A DNA stretch of 64,000 nucleotides from Bdellovibrionales bacterium (GTDB taxonomy: Bacteria; Pseudomonadota; Alphaproteobacteria; UBA9219). The notes beneath the pieces are model-generated. The model was given only the letters and a program-made list of their open reading frames with translations, searched no databases and was not told the origin of the DNA. The stretch spans positions 17,955 through 81,954 of the forward strand of contig JBEOJY010000033.1 in the NCBI GenBank assembly GCA_040275305.1, in the 5' to 3' direction. This document shows, one piece after another, positions 37,210 through 47,519 of the stretch; position 1 is the first letter of the stretch; every line of letters begins with the position of its first letter. The translations under genes were made by a program, and so were the position numbers.

Positions 37210-38322
37210 TTAAGGAACTTCTGGCCCTTTGCGCTGCAAAATGTCCAAGCGTTCGGCAAGCGCATCTACTTTCTTTATCAGGTGCTTGATGCGGCTGATG
37301 TTGAATAAATTTTCCATCGTCTTTTCGCGAGGAGCCGCAGGGATACCCCCCACGACTGCATGGGGAGGGACATTCCCCGCAATAGCGCTCATCGCCATGG
37401 CGATGGCGTCGTCGCCAATCTTGACGTGATCCGCTACGCCCGTCGCTCCGCCCAGCACAACGCGGTTGCCGATTTCGACGCTGCCCGCTATGCCAACGCG
37501 CCCGCAAATCAGACAATTTTCGCCAATTATCACGTTGTGGCCAACTTGCACTTGATTGTCGATTTTGGTGCCGTTGCCGATTTTTGTCGAGGCGATGGTT
37601 CCGCGATCAATGCTGGTGTTCGCGCCAATTTCCACGTCGTTGCCGATTTCGACCGCGCCTAAGGAAGCGATCCTTTCCAGACGCGAATTCCGCGCGGAAG
37701 TTTCGCTCGCGCCGCTCTCCTTGGCTTGTTCCACGCTTCCTTTTTCCGGCGTTACAAAACTGAAACCGTCCGCTCCGATCGATGCGTTGAAATGCACGAG
37801 ACAGCGTTCTCCGAGCGTGACATCCGCTCCTATCCTGACTCCAGAGTTCAGAATCGTGCCCGCTCCAAGCTTTGCTTCCTGTCCGACATAGGCATGAGGA
37901 TGCAACTGGCATTCGTCGCCAATTTCGGCTTCGCTTCCCACATAGACAAACGGTCCGATTCTGACCTTCTCTCCAAGCTTTGCGCCCGGCTCGATCACTG
38001 CCGAAGGGTGTATGCCTAACGCGACTGTAACTGGAATGGCGAATAGAGCCGATAGTTTGGCCATGGCCAGTCTAGGCCGATCCACAACGATGCAGGCATC
38101 GAGCAACCCTGGTTCCAATTCCGCATCGGAAGAAACGACTCCTACGCGCGCTGGCGTTTTCGCCAGAAGGTGAACCAATTTGGGATCGACAGCCAACACC
38201 AGATCACGCTCGTTTTGCGCCGCAGCGGGGTGCACAACCCGGCTGACAAGGAGGTTCGCGTCGCCAATCAGGCGGGCTTGAAGCGCTTGCGCGATGGCTT
38301 GAGAGGTGTAAGGTGGGGGCAT
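37210..38322 (-). CDS. lpxD: UDP-3-O-acylglucosamine N-acyltransferase
   Basis: Has LpxD N-terminal homology (QALQARLIGDANLLVSRVVHPAAA) followed by a long left-handed beta-helix hexapeptide region. The gene is isolated from any fabZ-lpxA neighbours. Confidence 0.75.
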   Translation of the reverse strand: MPPPYTSQAIAQALQARLIGDANLLVSRVVHPAAAQNERDLVLAVDPKLVHLLAKTPARVGVVSSDAELEPGLLDACIVVDRPRLAMAKLSALFAIPVTVALGIHPSAVIEPGAKLGEKVRIGPFVYVGSEAEIGDECQLHPHAYVGQEAKLGAGTILNSGVRIGADVTLGERCLVHFNASIGADGFSFVTPEKGSVEQAKESGASETSARNSRLERIASLGAVEIGNDVEIGANTSIDRGTIASTKIGNGTKIDNQVQVGHNVIIGENCLICGRVGIAGSVEIGNRVVLGGATGVADHVKIGDDAIAMAMSAIAGNVPPHAVVGGIPAAPREKTMENLFNISRIKHLIKKVDALAERLDILQRKGPEVP

Positions 38323-38666
38323 AACCTGAGCGGCTCCGTTAACTGATCATTAATAGCAATGCGGTGAGTTTAATCTAAATTGCGCGCGTCCGGAACATGC
38401 CACAATTCACAAAACCGGAAATTAATAAACCACAGAAAAGGGATAAATTGCAGCGCCAACATATGGTTAGTAATTTATTACCTTAAATTGGCATCTCATT
38501 ATGGAAATTTACCCCAATTCGCGAAAGCTTGTTAGCGGAAATTAAGGGTATTTTGTTTAAAGTCAAAGCATAATTGCTAAAAGTAAGAGCAGTTTGTCCG
38601 GTCTCGAAAGTTATATAAGGATCATAAGACGCCAGAAAACTTTCACAGAAATTTGGTAATCATAAG

Positions 38667-40430
38667 ATGAACGAACACGATAAAAACGAACTCTCCGAAA
38701 TTTTGTTGGCCTCCGGAGACGCCGGTTACGAGTGGGACTTGGCGGTCGACCGAATCACGTGGTTCGGCGCGTGGGATAAAATATTTGGCACAAACTGCCT
38801 TCCGCCACATGACTCGGAGAAATTGTATAATATCATATTTACTGATGACAGGCCGCTTGTCTTCGGTAGCGAGGAGCTTACTCTCGATCGCCACTATAGG
38901 TTACTGCTTGCCAACGGCTCGCTTGTCTGGGTCCATGAACGCGGAACAGTCTTGCGCGAAAACGACCAAGCCGTCATACAGCGCGGCGTTTTGCGCCTTG
39001 AAGACAAGCGTCCGCAAGAACGCATCGCTTATGCGGAAATGCAAGGGCGCGACGTTCTTACAGGATGCTACAACCGCGCGCATATGCTTAGTCAAATTGC
39101 CAAGGCGACTGAGACGGCCAAGATGTCGTGCAGAACGGCAAGTTATTTTGTAGTCGGCGTCGATAAGATGTCATTCGTCAACGAGGCCGCAGGCATGGAA
39201 GTCGGCGATGCCTTGTTGCGCGGCGTTGCCGAGCGACTGTCCCAGATTATTCCGGGCCGCGCGATGTTGGGGCGCGTTGGAGGCGACATGTTCGGAGTTC
39301 TCCTGCCGGAACCGCTGGGTTCGGACATGGAGCGCATGGCCGAGCGCGTTCTACACAGTTTCCGCGATCAGCCAGTCGTCACGAGCCAGACTCCGTTGCA
39401 CATAACCGTTTCCATTGGCGGCGTGCGCATGCCTATGATCGCTAAGAACGCGACGGAGACGATGATATTCGCAGAGCAAGCGCTCCACGACGCGCATCAG
39501 CGCGGACGCAATCTCTTTACCGAATATACGGACTCGCCGGAACGCGCCAATCAGAACCGCAAGATTTTAGAGCTTGGTGAGCGTATTCAGCATGCCTTTA
39601 AACACAACGGATTTCGTCTGGCCTTCCAACCGGTTATTGAAACTGCGACTGGGCAGGTGCTGTTTTATGAAACTCTGGTTCGTATGCTTGGCAGCGACGG
39701 CGTTCTCGTAGCCGCAGGGCAGTTTGTTCCAGCCATTGAGCAGATGGGGCTGGCGTTTGAGCTGGATCGTCTTGTGCTCGACATGTCAATCAAAGAACTT
39801 GAACTTACGCAGAACCTATATCTTGCGGTTAACGTATCGGGATTAACGGCCGCGCAAGCCGATTGGCCTGACCACGTGCAAAAGGTGCTTGGCGGGAAAC
39901 CTGATGTCGCTTCGCGACTCATCATCGAAATCACTGAGACCGCTGCAATCGTCGATGTCACTGAAACGCGCCGCTTTGTCGATTCGCTTCGCGAGCTAGG
40001 CGGGCGGGTCGCTCTTGACGATTTTGGCGCAGGTTTTACCTCGATCCGCCATTTGCGTTCGCTGTCGCTGTCAATCATGAAGATCGATAAAGATCTTCTG
40101 CACAACATTCTCACGAATGGCGAACAGCAGCACCTTGTGCGCATGTTGATTGAGTTGGCGCGCGGCCTTGGCCTTAAGACCGTGGCGGAAGGCGTGGAAA
40201 CGGAAGAAGTCGCTGATTGGCTGCGCCGAGAAAACGTCGACATGATGCAGGGATACTATTTCGGCAAGCCTTCGCTGGAACGCCCATGGCTGGAGTTGGA
40301 AGGCGCGCAGGCTCCGTTTGACAAGTTGAGCAAGATGTTAAGCGATACCAAGTCAGGAATGCTGAACGCGGTCAAAGCTTTTTCACCCTTAGAATCGTTG
40401 GCAGGTTCCCAAAATCCATCGGGTCATTAG
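38667..40430 (+). CDS. GGDEF/EAL domain signalling protein with an N-terminal PAS-like region. Both motifs are degenerate.
   Basis: The GGDEF position reads GGDMF. The EAL position reads ETLVR. DDFGAGFTS and the EGVETEE downstream motifs are present. Confidence 0.75.
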   Translation: MNEHDKNELSEILLASGDAGYEWDLAVDRITWFGAWDKIFGTNCLPPHDSEKLYNIIFTDDRPLVFGSEELTLDRHYRLLLANGSLVWVHERGTVLRENDQAVIQRGVLRLEDKRPQERIAYAEMQGRDVLTGCYNRAHMLSQIAKATETAKMSCRTASYFVVGVDKMSFVNEAAGMEVGDALLRGVAERLSQIIPGRAMLGRVGGDMFGVLLPEPLGSDMERMAERVLHSFRDQPVVTSQTPLHITVSIGGVRMPMIAKNATETMIFAEQALHDAHQRGRNLFTEYTDSPERANQNRKILELGERIQHAFKHNGFRLAFQPVIETATGQVLFYETLVRMLGSDGVLVAAGQFVPAIEQMGLAFELDRLVLDMSIKELELTQNLYLAVNVSGLTAAQADWPDHVQKVLGGKPDVASRLIIEITETAAIVDVTETRRFVDSLRELGGRVALDDFGAGFTSIRHLRSLSLSIMKIDKDLLHNILTNGEQQHLVRMLIELARGLGLKTVAEGVETEEVADWLRRENVDMMQGYYFGKPSLERPWLELEGAQAPFDKLSKMLSDTKSGMLNAVKAFSPLESLAGSQNPSGH

Positions 40431-40456
40431 ATCCTCACTTTTCTCTGTCAACTTGT

Positions 40457-42364
40457 CTATGTCCCTCTGCGAAACGTGTCATGAATTTTTTGCGCAAGGG
40501 CGGGGCTGATGCCCTGCACGCGAGCGAGGTCTTCAACGCTGGCTTCGCGGGCGGCTTTGGCTGAGCCGAAATGATGGAGCAGGGCGCGTTTGCGTGCCGC
40601 GCCGATGCCGGGGACTTCCTCCAGCCCCGAATCCCCGATGGCTTTGGTTCGCTTGGCGCGATGCGTGCCTATGGCGAAGCGGTGCGATTCGTCGCGCAAG
40701 CGTTGAAGGTAATATAGAACGGGGTCTTCGTGCGGAAGGCTGAAGGGTTCGCGACCTTCCATGAAGAATCTTTCGTTGCCTGCGTTGCGGTCAGGGCCTT
40801 TGGCGATGCCAACAATTTTTATGTCGTCGCCCAAACCCATTTCGTTCAGCACTTCGTGGACTTTTGAGATTTGCCCCGCGCCGCCGTCGATAAGCAATAG
40901 GTCTGGCCACATGGCGGACTGTTTCTGCGGGTCTTCCTCGATCAGGCGGCGAAAGCGCCGCGTCATGACTTCGCGCATCATGGCGAAATCGTCTCCGGCG
41001 GCTTGCGCGTCGCGGATGTTGAATTTGCGGTAGGTCTTGCGCAGGAATCCTTCGGGACCGGCGGCGACCATCACGCCGACGGCGTGGCTGCCAGATAAAT
41101 GCGAATTGTCGTAGATTTCTATGCGTTTCGGAGGCTCCTCCATGCCGAATAACTCGGCGAGCTTTGCCAGAATGCGGACTTGCTCGGTGGCGTTGGCCAA
41201 TTTGCGGGCAAGGGCTTCTTTGGCGTTACGAGACGCCAGCGCGATGAGGCGGACCTTGTCGCCTGCTTGCGGCACTGTCAGCGTGACCTTGCGGTCGGCT
41301 CGTTGCGACAGGGCTTGCGCGAGAATCTCGCCATCGGATGGTTCGTGGCTCAGCAGCAAGAGGGGGGGCGGGATTTTGTTTTCATAGAATTGCGCGAGGA
41401 AGGCGCTCAAGATATCTGCAGAGCTATCCTCGATGTCATGTTTCGGGAAAAACGTTCTGGCTCCGTAATTGCGGTCGTCGCGGAAGAAGAAGACTTGAAT
41501 GGCGGTTTGTCCGCCGCTTTGTTCAAGCGCAAAGATATCGGCGTCGCCCAGATTGTTTACGTTAACATCCTGACGCGACTGGATGGAGGTCAGTGCGCGG
41601 ATGCGGTCGCGCAATCTAGCGGCGGTTTCATAGTCAAGCGCGTCGCTGGCGGCTTGCATCAGTTCCGAGAGCTTGTCTTGGATGGAGCGGCTCTTGCCAC
41701 TTAAGAAGGAGACGGCGTCTTGCGCTTGCGCGGCGTAGGTTTCTGGCGTGACGTAGCCAACGCAGGGCGCTGTGCAGCGCTTAATATGATACTGCAAGCA
41801 GGGGCGCTTGCGGTTGGCGTAGACGGCGTCGGAGCAGGTGCGCAACATAAAGCCGCGCTGCAGGACGGCAAGCGTTTCGTTGACGGCGCTGCCGGAGGCG
41901 AAGGGGCCAAAATAGCGGCCTTTACGGGTTTTGGCTCCGCGATGTTTCAGAAGCTGGGGGGCTTCATGATCCTGCGTAATCAACAGGTAGGGGTAGCTTT
42001 TGTCGTCGCGCAACAGGATGTTGAAGGGCGGAAGGTGTTTTTGGATGAAGTTCGCTTCGAGCAACAGGGCCTCGGCTTCAGTGCGGGTGACGACGATTTC
42101 GACGCTGCGGATTTGCGCGACCATACGCTGGAGCCGGATCGGTAGGCGCGCGCGCTGGGTATAGGAATTGACACGGCGGGTCAGGTCTTTCGCTTTTCCG
42201 ACATAAAGCACGATGCCTTTGCCGTCGATCATGCGATACACGCCGGGCTGGGGCGGGATGGTCTTAAGTTGCTCCTTCAAAACACTCGCGCCGATGTCGA
42301 AACCCGTCTGGCCTTTGGCCAGAGAGCTAATGTTATCAACGAGATCCGGCTCACGCTCGGCCAT
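40457..42364 (-). CDS. uvrC: Excinuclease ABC subunit C
   Basis: Has a GIY-YIG N-terminus (PGVYRMIDGKGIVLYVGKAKDLTRRVNSY), a UvrC core and C-terminal HhH motifs. Confidence 0.9.
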   Translation of the reverse strand: MAEREPDLVDNISSLAKGQTGFDIGASVLKEQLKTIPPQPGVYRMIDGKGIVLYVGKAKDLTRRVNSYTQRARLPIRLQRMVAQIRSVEIVVTRTEAEALLLEANFIQKHLPPFNILLRDDKSYPYLLITQDHEAPQLLKHRGAKTRKGRYFGPFASGSAVNETLAVLQRGFMLRTCSDAVYANRKRPCLQYHIKRCTAPCVGYVTPETYAAQAQDAVSFLSGKSRSIQDKLSELMQAASDALDYETAARLRDRIRALTSIQSRQDVNVNNLGDADIFALEQSGGQTAIQVFFFRDDRNYGARTFFPKHDIEDSSADILSAFLAQFYENKIPPPLLLLSHEPSDGEILAQALSQRADRKVTLTVPQAGDKVRLIALASRNAKEALARKLANATEQVRILAKLAELFGMEEPPKRIEIYDNSHLSGSHAVGVMVAAGPEGFLRKTYRKFNIRDAQAAGDDFAMMREVMTRRFRRLIEEDPQKQSAMWPDLLLIDGGAGQISKVHEVLNEMGLGDDIKIVGIAKGPDRNAGNERFFMEGREPFSLPHEDPVLYYLQRLRDESHRFAIGTHRAKRTKAIGDSGLEEVPGIGAARKRALLHHFGSAKAAREASVEDLARVQGISPALAQKIHDTFRRGT

Positions 42365-42803
42365 GGTTTTGTTATCCCCTAAAGCTGTGGATAAGACTGT
42401 TTATAAGTCGTCCGCGCGTACCTGTTTAACACGGAAAGACGAAGGTTTATGCGCTTTGCTTAAAATGTGGGCAGTCTCTCTATCTGTCTGTATTCTAATA
42501 ATATCTTTGTAAATAAAGCATGAAGTTTTGTTAACTTGCTGTTTAACCTGTTGTTACCGGAGCCGATGTTTCACGCTGTGCACAAATATCGTGGAGACGC
42601 ATAACGGATTGCTGCTGTCAAGCGGGGTTTAATGAATTTTTAAGAGGTGTGGCAGGGCTGCGGGGGGGGGGTATATTCTGGTGAGTTGTTGCCTGATTAT
42701 ATATTTAACATTTGTTGCATTATTTGTAACTCTCAAGCTCTACTCAGGGGCATACAAACAATACTATAGTCAAACCAGATAAGTTCCTTAAATGCGCAAT
42801 GAA

Positions 42804-42943
42804 CGCCGTCATTGCGAGGAGCCTCCTTCAGGCGACGACCTGTCCGCCATAGTTGCGTAGCAACGACGGCGGAAGCAATCCAGAATCCCACAGGACATCG
42901 CCACCGACTCTGGATCGCTTCGCATTCGCTCGCGATGACGGCG
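42804..42943. repeat. MITE-like element, family A, copy 5
   Basis: It shares the internal segment GACCTGTCCGCCATAGTTGCGTAGCAACGACGGCGGAAGCAATCCAGA with copy 1. Confidence 0.65.
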
Positions 42944-43026
42944 CTTTCCGCATTGTTTGTCTACGTAACCTCAAAGTTAAGCTTGGGAGTTACCATTATT
43001 TTTGTAATTTATTATGTGATTTATAT

Positions 43027-43100
43027 CCACCAGCCAAGCCATTGAAATAGCTGGTGGGTGCGACAGGGATTGAACCTGTGACCCCTACCATGTCAAGGTA
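43027..43100. repeat. attL: direct-repeat copy of the tRNA-Val 3' 49 nt plus about 25 bp of downstream sequence
   Basis: Positions 43052-43100 are identical to 58057-58105 (49/49). The flanking segments 43027-43051 and 58032-58056 match at about 21/25. Confidence 0.75.
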
Positions 43101-43277
43101 ATAACTCGTAATTTTCTTTCGCTTCCTTTTGCTTTCCTAACCTTACTAATATGTTATATATCAATGTGATTTCTTATTTCCGGTAAGGTAGATGTCTTGC
43201 CGTAAATCACCGTAATTTCCCTTTATCTGCTTCCTATGTGCTTCCTGTAGGGGCGCTACCTTCAGAAAGGAATCATA

Positions 43278-44525
43278 ATGGTAAGGCTCACCAAGACGCA
43301 TGTCGAGGGATTGAAACCGGGCGAACCGGACTATTTTGTTTGGGATGAGACTTTGCCAGGCTTTGGCGTTCGCGTGTGGCCTAGCGGCAAGAAGACCTAC
43401 ATCGCGCAATATCGGGCGGTAGGGCGAACGAGGCGGATCAAGATAGGCAATCACGGCGTTTTGACGGTCGAGGAAGCCCGCAAACAGGCAAAAGGCATAC
43501 TGGGCGACGTCGCGCGAGGCGAAGACCCGCAAGAGGATCGCCTGACTCGCCGCAAGGCGATGACAGTTTCGGAGCTTTGCGAAGCCTACCTCTATGCTGC
43601 GGAGCGCGGTCTTATCATGGGCAAGGGAGGCCGCGCGAAACGTGAATCGACTTTGGCGATTGACAAGGGGAGGATTGAACGGCACATCAAGCCCCTGCTG
43701 GGCACCAAGCTTGTGCGCGAACTCACACCTTCGGATATAGGACGTTTTATTCGAGACGTTGCGTCTGGCAAGACGGCGGGGGTAGTTAAAACTGACCTGG
43801 TGCGCGGGCAGGCTATCGTTAAAGGTGGAGCTGGGACGGCTTCACGTTGCGCGGCGTTTCTGGGAGGCATGTTGAGTTTTGCCGTCGCGGAAGGCGTGAT
43901 CGCGCATAATCCGGCGCGAGGCGTGAAGCGTCCGGCCTATGGTAAGCGAACAAGGCGCTTAAACGCTGAAGAATACTGTCGCCTTGGCGAAGCCCTGCGC
44001 GTGCTGGAACGCGAAGGGGAAAGCTTGCAAGCAATTAAAGCGGCGTGGCTTCTCGCCCTGACAGGGTGTCGCCTGAACGAAATCGTCGAGTTGAAATGGG
44101 CGGAGGTAGATGACGTCGGGCGTTGCCTTCGGCTTGAGGATTCAAAAGAAGGCGCGTCTGTGCGGCCTTTGGGGGCGCATGCCATGGAAATCCTGCGCAG
44201 CGTCGGGCGCAAAGACGACGCTTTGTTTGTGCTCGAAGCCGTGCGCGGAAAAGGCTCGTTCGGGGGCATGCCTCGCGCGTGGCGGCGGTTTGCGAAGCGC
44301 GCCGGGTTTGAGGATGTAACGCCCCACACGTTGCGCCACAGCTTCGCGAGCGTTTCGGGCGATCTTGGCTTTGCGGACAGCACCATCGCCGCATTGCTGG
44401 GACATTCAACCGGAAGTATGACTTCGCGTTATGTGCACAAGCTTGATGCCGTGTTAATCGCCGCCGCTGATAAGGTTGCTGAGGCTGTTTGGGGGATGAT
44501 GGAGGATGGGAAGAATAATGGTTAA
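43278..44525 (+). CDS. int: Tyrosine-type site-specific integrase (P4-like, DUF4102 arm-binding N-terminus)
   Basis: Has LKPGEPDYFVWDETLPGFGVRVWPSGKKTYIAQYR (DUF4102) and a C-terminal HTLRHSFAS...LLGHSTGSMTSRYVH catalytic domain. Confidence 0.85.
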   Translation: MVRLTKTHVEGLKPGEPDYFVWDETLPGFGVRVWPSGKKTYIAQYRAVGRTRRIKIGNHGVLTVEEARKQAKGILGDVARGEDPQEDRLTRRKAMTVSELCEAYLYAAERGLIMGKGGRAKRESTLAIDKGRIERHIKPLLGTKLVRELTPSDIGRFIRDVASGKTAGVVKTDLVRGQAIVKGGAGTASRCAAFLGGMLSFAVAEGVIAHNPARGVKRPAYGKRTRRLNAEEYCRLGEALRVLEREGESLQAIKAAWLLALTGCRLNEIVELKWAEVDDVGRCLRLEDSKEGASVRPLGAHAMEILRSVGRKDDALFVLEAVRGKGSFGGMPRAWRRFAKRAGFEDVTPHTLRHSFASVSGDLGFADSTIAALLGHSTGSMTSRYVHKLDAVLIAAADKVAEAVWGMMEDGKNNG

Positions 44526-44702
44526 TGCTTTTACGCAACATTTTGACAAATTACCATTATTTTTCAATGCCTCACGATGGAAATCAACAATTGAAATTTA
44601 GGACAAAATGTCCTACATTCAGCATACCTAGTTCCCGCACGCCGAATCGGCCCCGGATGGGGTTCTTGGCAGCAATCGCTAGCCTAGGCTGCGGGAATGC
44701 CT

Positions 44703-45311
44703 CTATCTAAATCTCCATAAGTTTGCGATCTTCGGTGCTATCATGCCGTGCCAGCGTGAGGCGTCTTTTTTACCGGAGTAGGTGCGAGCTATTGCACCGG
44801 TTACCATATCGGCAAGCTGTATCAGGTGGTCATTACGAGAGGAAAGAAAAGTAATTTTCTTAATCTGGCCGTCTGGTATCATCCGCCTAATATATTGTGC
44901 CAGTTGCCTTTTGAACTCCCTGTCTCCGCTTTCGTCAATTTTAATGTGCGCCTTGTCTAGCATATGAGTGTGCTGTGAAATAAGTTGCCGGACGAAATAG
45001 TTGTAAAAACTGTCATTGCTTGTCCTTAAATGCTGGCTGTAGATTTCAGACTTGCGGACAGCAAGCGCGTATATTGAATAGTCAAACGGCGCAACGGCGG
45101 TGAAAAAGGCGTCCCTGATTTCGGCGCGGCTGTTGCTAAATTTGAATTCAGGGTAGATTTTCCTTTCCGCTTGAAGCTTCTTAATCGCCGCACTGCACTT
45201 TTCGGCTTCATCAAATGCCTTGAACACAATCATGCAGACGACAAAGAACTGCGAAGACCCTTTTTGGATCTTGAAACCAGAATCGCCGCTTTCGTCTATG
45301 AGTATAAGCAT
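44703..45311 (-). CDS. DUF3800 family protein
   Basis: Has the MLILIDESGDSGF N-terminus and the ...QLADMVTGAI motif characteristic of DUF3800. Confidence 0.55.
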   Translation of the reverse strand: MLILIDESGDSGFKIQKGSSQFFVVCMIVFKAFDEAEKCSAAIKKLQAERKIYPEFKFSNSRAEIRDAFFTAVAPFDYSIYALAVRKSEIYSQHLRTSNDSFYNYFVRQLISQHTHMLDKAHIKIDESGDREFKRQLAQYIRRMIPDGQIKKITFLSSRNDHLIQLADMVTGAIARTYSGKKDASRWHGMIAPKIANLWRFR

Positions 45312-45322
45312 GGCCCTTCTTC

Positions 45323-45625
45323 ATGGTAAGGATGATTTTGCGGAACTTCTCTATTAATATGCGTGTGTATATCAAATACAAAGCGTTCACCACACATAGT
45401 TCCGTTTTTGTAATAATGCACTCTTTGGTGGGAGATCGCAGCGCGTATGCTTTGTGTGGAGCGACGATGGAAACAGCCTTGCGTTTAGGAAGGTTCTTCG
45501 GCATGTCGCCGGAATTCTGGATGAACGCGCAGGCGCATTATGACCTGTTGCTGGCGGAAGCGAAACTGAGCCGCTCCATTGCCCGTGAGGTAACACCTTA
45601 TGAGGGGGATTGCGTCCGGGGGTAA
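45323..45625 (+). pseudogene. HigA-like antitoxin remnant (C-terminal half of an XRE-type HTH)
   Basis: METALRLGRFFGMSPEFWMNAQAHYDLLLAE matches the HigA C-terminal consensus (ALRLaRyFGtSpEFWlNLQ). No N-terminal helix region and no higB partner are present. Confidence 0.35.
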
Positions 45626-45844
45626 AAGCCGATGATGGCAGCCATGAGCAAGAAAGCGTTTGAAAGCATTGCCGCGAGACTGCGCGAAGCCGTTGCACAC
45701 GCGCAAGAGGATGATCGCGCGGAGGCGAGGTTTTTTAGTGCATGAATATTGATGAGCATTGCTGGACAGGCTATGCTAATCTGTGATCGAAACCGTAGAT
45801 AATACGCTATCGTCTGAGTTTGTATGTTGGAAAAGGTCGCAAAA

Positions 45845-46303
45845 ATGAAACAACTTGTTCTTTGTTTGATTGTCACTTTATGTCTGTGCGGATGCGTTAC
45901 AACCAAGGATCGGATTAATCAGCTTGATAGTCAAATTCGTCAGCTGGAGGCGGAGCAACGTGCTAAGTTGCACAAGGAAATAGAATTGTATCGCAATGAA
46001 AAGAATTCAACATGTACATCAAAAAATCTTACGTACGCTGGTCTAAATATACACGCTTTTGAGCTTTCTAATGATAGAATAGATTCTACTAGTGATTATG
46101 ATTCAATCATAAAGAATGCCAATATGGCCCTTGAAGCGATCTTTGAACTTGCGGATTTAGCAAAGGAACGCAGGTGTTATAAAGATGCAGATAAACTATA
46201 CCGCCATGTCATTGAAAGATATGTTGGAGTTTACTATTCTGGCTTTCGCGACAGAGCAAGAATAGGCATTGATGACATAAGGGGATTACAAAAAATAAAA
46301 TAA
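45845..46303 (+). CDS. Hypothetical lipoprotein with a coiled-coil segment
   Basis: Has the lipobox LCLCGC and a heptad-like QLDSQIRQLEAEQRAKLHKEIELYRNEK. Confidence 0.45.
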   Translation: MKQLVLCLIVTLCLCGCVTTKDRINQLDSQIRQLEAEQRAKLHKEIELYRNEKNSTCTSKNLTYAGLNIHAFELSNDRIDSTSDYDSIIKNANMALEAIFELADLAKERRCYKDADKLYRHVIERYVGVYYSGFRDRARIGIDDIRGLQKIK

Positions 46304-46309
46304 AAAGCG

Positions 46310-47170
46310 ATGTGCAGCATGCCTATCAGTATAGATGAAGCAGTAACGGAAATTGTTGAAGCTTTACGTAAGTTACCTCCTCTGTTGGCTACGCATGATC
46401 CAAATTTGCGTAGTTCAAAGACAGGGTGCGATATAAAGATTACCGAAATGTTTGGTAGTTGGTGGCACAAACAGCATAAGGGCATGCCGCAAATTCCTGA
46501 TCCTGGTGAACAGGATTATGCGCCTTTCCACGATGCTGCTTGGGAGTTGGCACGTAGGGGAATTTTACGGGCAGGAAAAGCATTTCCTGGGCTTTATAGT
46601 TTCATAGGTGGTGAGGATATTGCTGGCAATGGTTACTCGCTGACTGAAATGGGTAGAGAGTGGGTCGCAAAATATGACCAGTTTGGGCATGTTCCTGTTG
46701 ATCCCGGTCGTTTTGCGGCGCTTATTGCACCTTATGCACAAAAATTTGGCGAAGCATTTATCCAGCGCGTCTCGGAAGCAGCCGGGTGCTATCGCACATG
46801 CAATTATCTGGCAACGTGCGCCATGGCCGGAGCCGCTTGCGAATCGATCCTTCTTGCGCTTGCGATCAAAAAACAAGGCGATGAAGAGGCGGTTTTGAAG
46901 GCATATCTTGGGCGTGATGGCCGCCAAAAACTCATTAAAAGCCTATCCGGAAATTTGAATGGACACATGCGGCAGGGTATTGAAACGGCAACACAGATAC
47001 TTTCGTATTGGCGTGACAACGCTTCGCATGGGCACGCTACGACTGTTAGCGAGTTTGCTGCGCACGACGCCCTCTCGCGATTGTTGCGATTTGCACAATT
47101 CGCTGATGGTAAATGGGAAGTTCTTACCGCGAGTGAGGCTGTGCAAGCGCCGAATAGCCAAGCTTTGTAA
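46310..47170 (+). CDS. Hypothetical protein (286 aa)
   Basis: Uninterrupted ORF with no recognised domain. Confidence 0.45.
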   Translation: MCSMPISIDEAVTEIVEALRKLPPLLATHDPNLRSSKTGCDIKITEMFGSWWHKQHKGMPQIPDPGEQDYAPFHDAAWELARRGILRAGKAFPGLYSFIGGEDIAGNGYSLTEMGREWVAKYDQFGHVPVDPGRFAALIAPYAQKFGEAFIQRVSEAAGCYRTCNYLATCAMAGAACESILLALAIKKQGDEEAVLKAYLGRDGRQKLIKSLSGNLNGHMRQGIETATQILSYWRDNASHGHATTVSEFAAHDALSRLLRFAQFADGKWEVLTASEAVQAPNSQAL

Positions 47171-47519
47171 GTCTGTATCCGAGTTGGCCATCATAACGAT
47201 CCGAACAAGAACCTTCCTCAATGAGCCCCAAGTCAACAAGCTTTGCAATCGTCTTCTTTGACGAACTTACGGCGTTTTTTGCTGGCGGCTCGAAAAGGGA
47301 TGTCGAATTCGACATTCTCTGGAGAACTTTCCTCTCACGTTCGTTCAAGCGTGGAAGGACGGGCCAGATGGACGATTCCGCAGCAGTCTGGTGAACCATG
47401 AAAAAAAATCCTTGAGCGTGAGGCATTGACACGGCCCTGCGAATATGGTCTAGTAACCGTGTTGCTATCTCACGATATTTTTTGGGGATCTCCATGCGCT
47501 TCGATGTTTTTCCCACCAC
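47124..47519 (-). CDS. Hypothetical small protein, possibly a winged-helix regulator
   Basis: TIAKLVDLGLIEEGS...YRLTKLG resembles a wHTH recognition helix and wing. It overlaps neighbouring ORFs at both ends. Confidence 0.3.
   Translation of the reverse strand: MVGKTSKRMEIPKKYREIATRLLDHIRRAVSMPHAQGFFFMVHQTAAESSIWPVLPRLNERERKVLQRMSNSTSLFEPPAKNAVSSSKKTIAKLVDLGLIEEGSCSDRYDGQLGYRLTKLGYSALAQPHSR

Noticed and set aside
43937-44541. Several 70-170-aa minus-strand ORFs inside the integrase gene
   Set aside because: They are antisense to a well-supported integrase CDS. They have an Arg/Pro-rich GC-frame artefact composition.
45323-45625. Possibility of a complete higBA toxin-antitoxin pair
   Set aside because: Only the C-terminal half of a HigA-like HTH is present. 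No RelE/HigB-like ORF lies on either side, so it is called a remnant.
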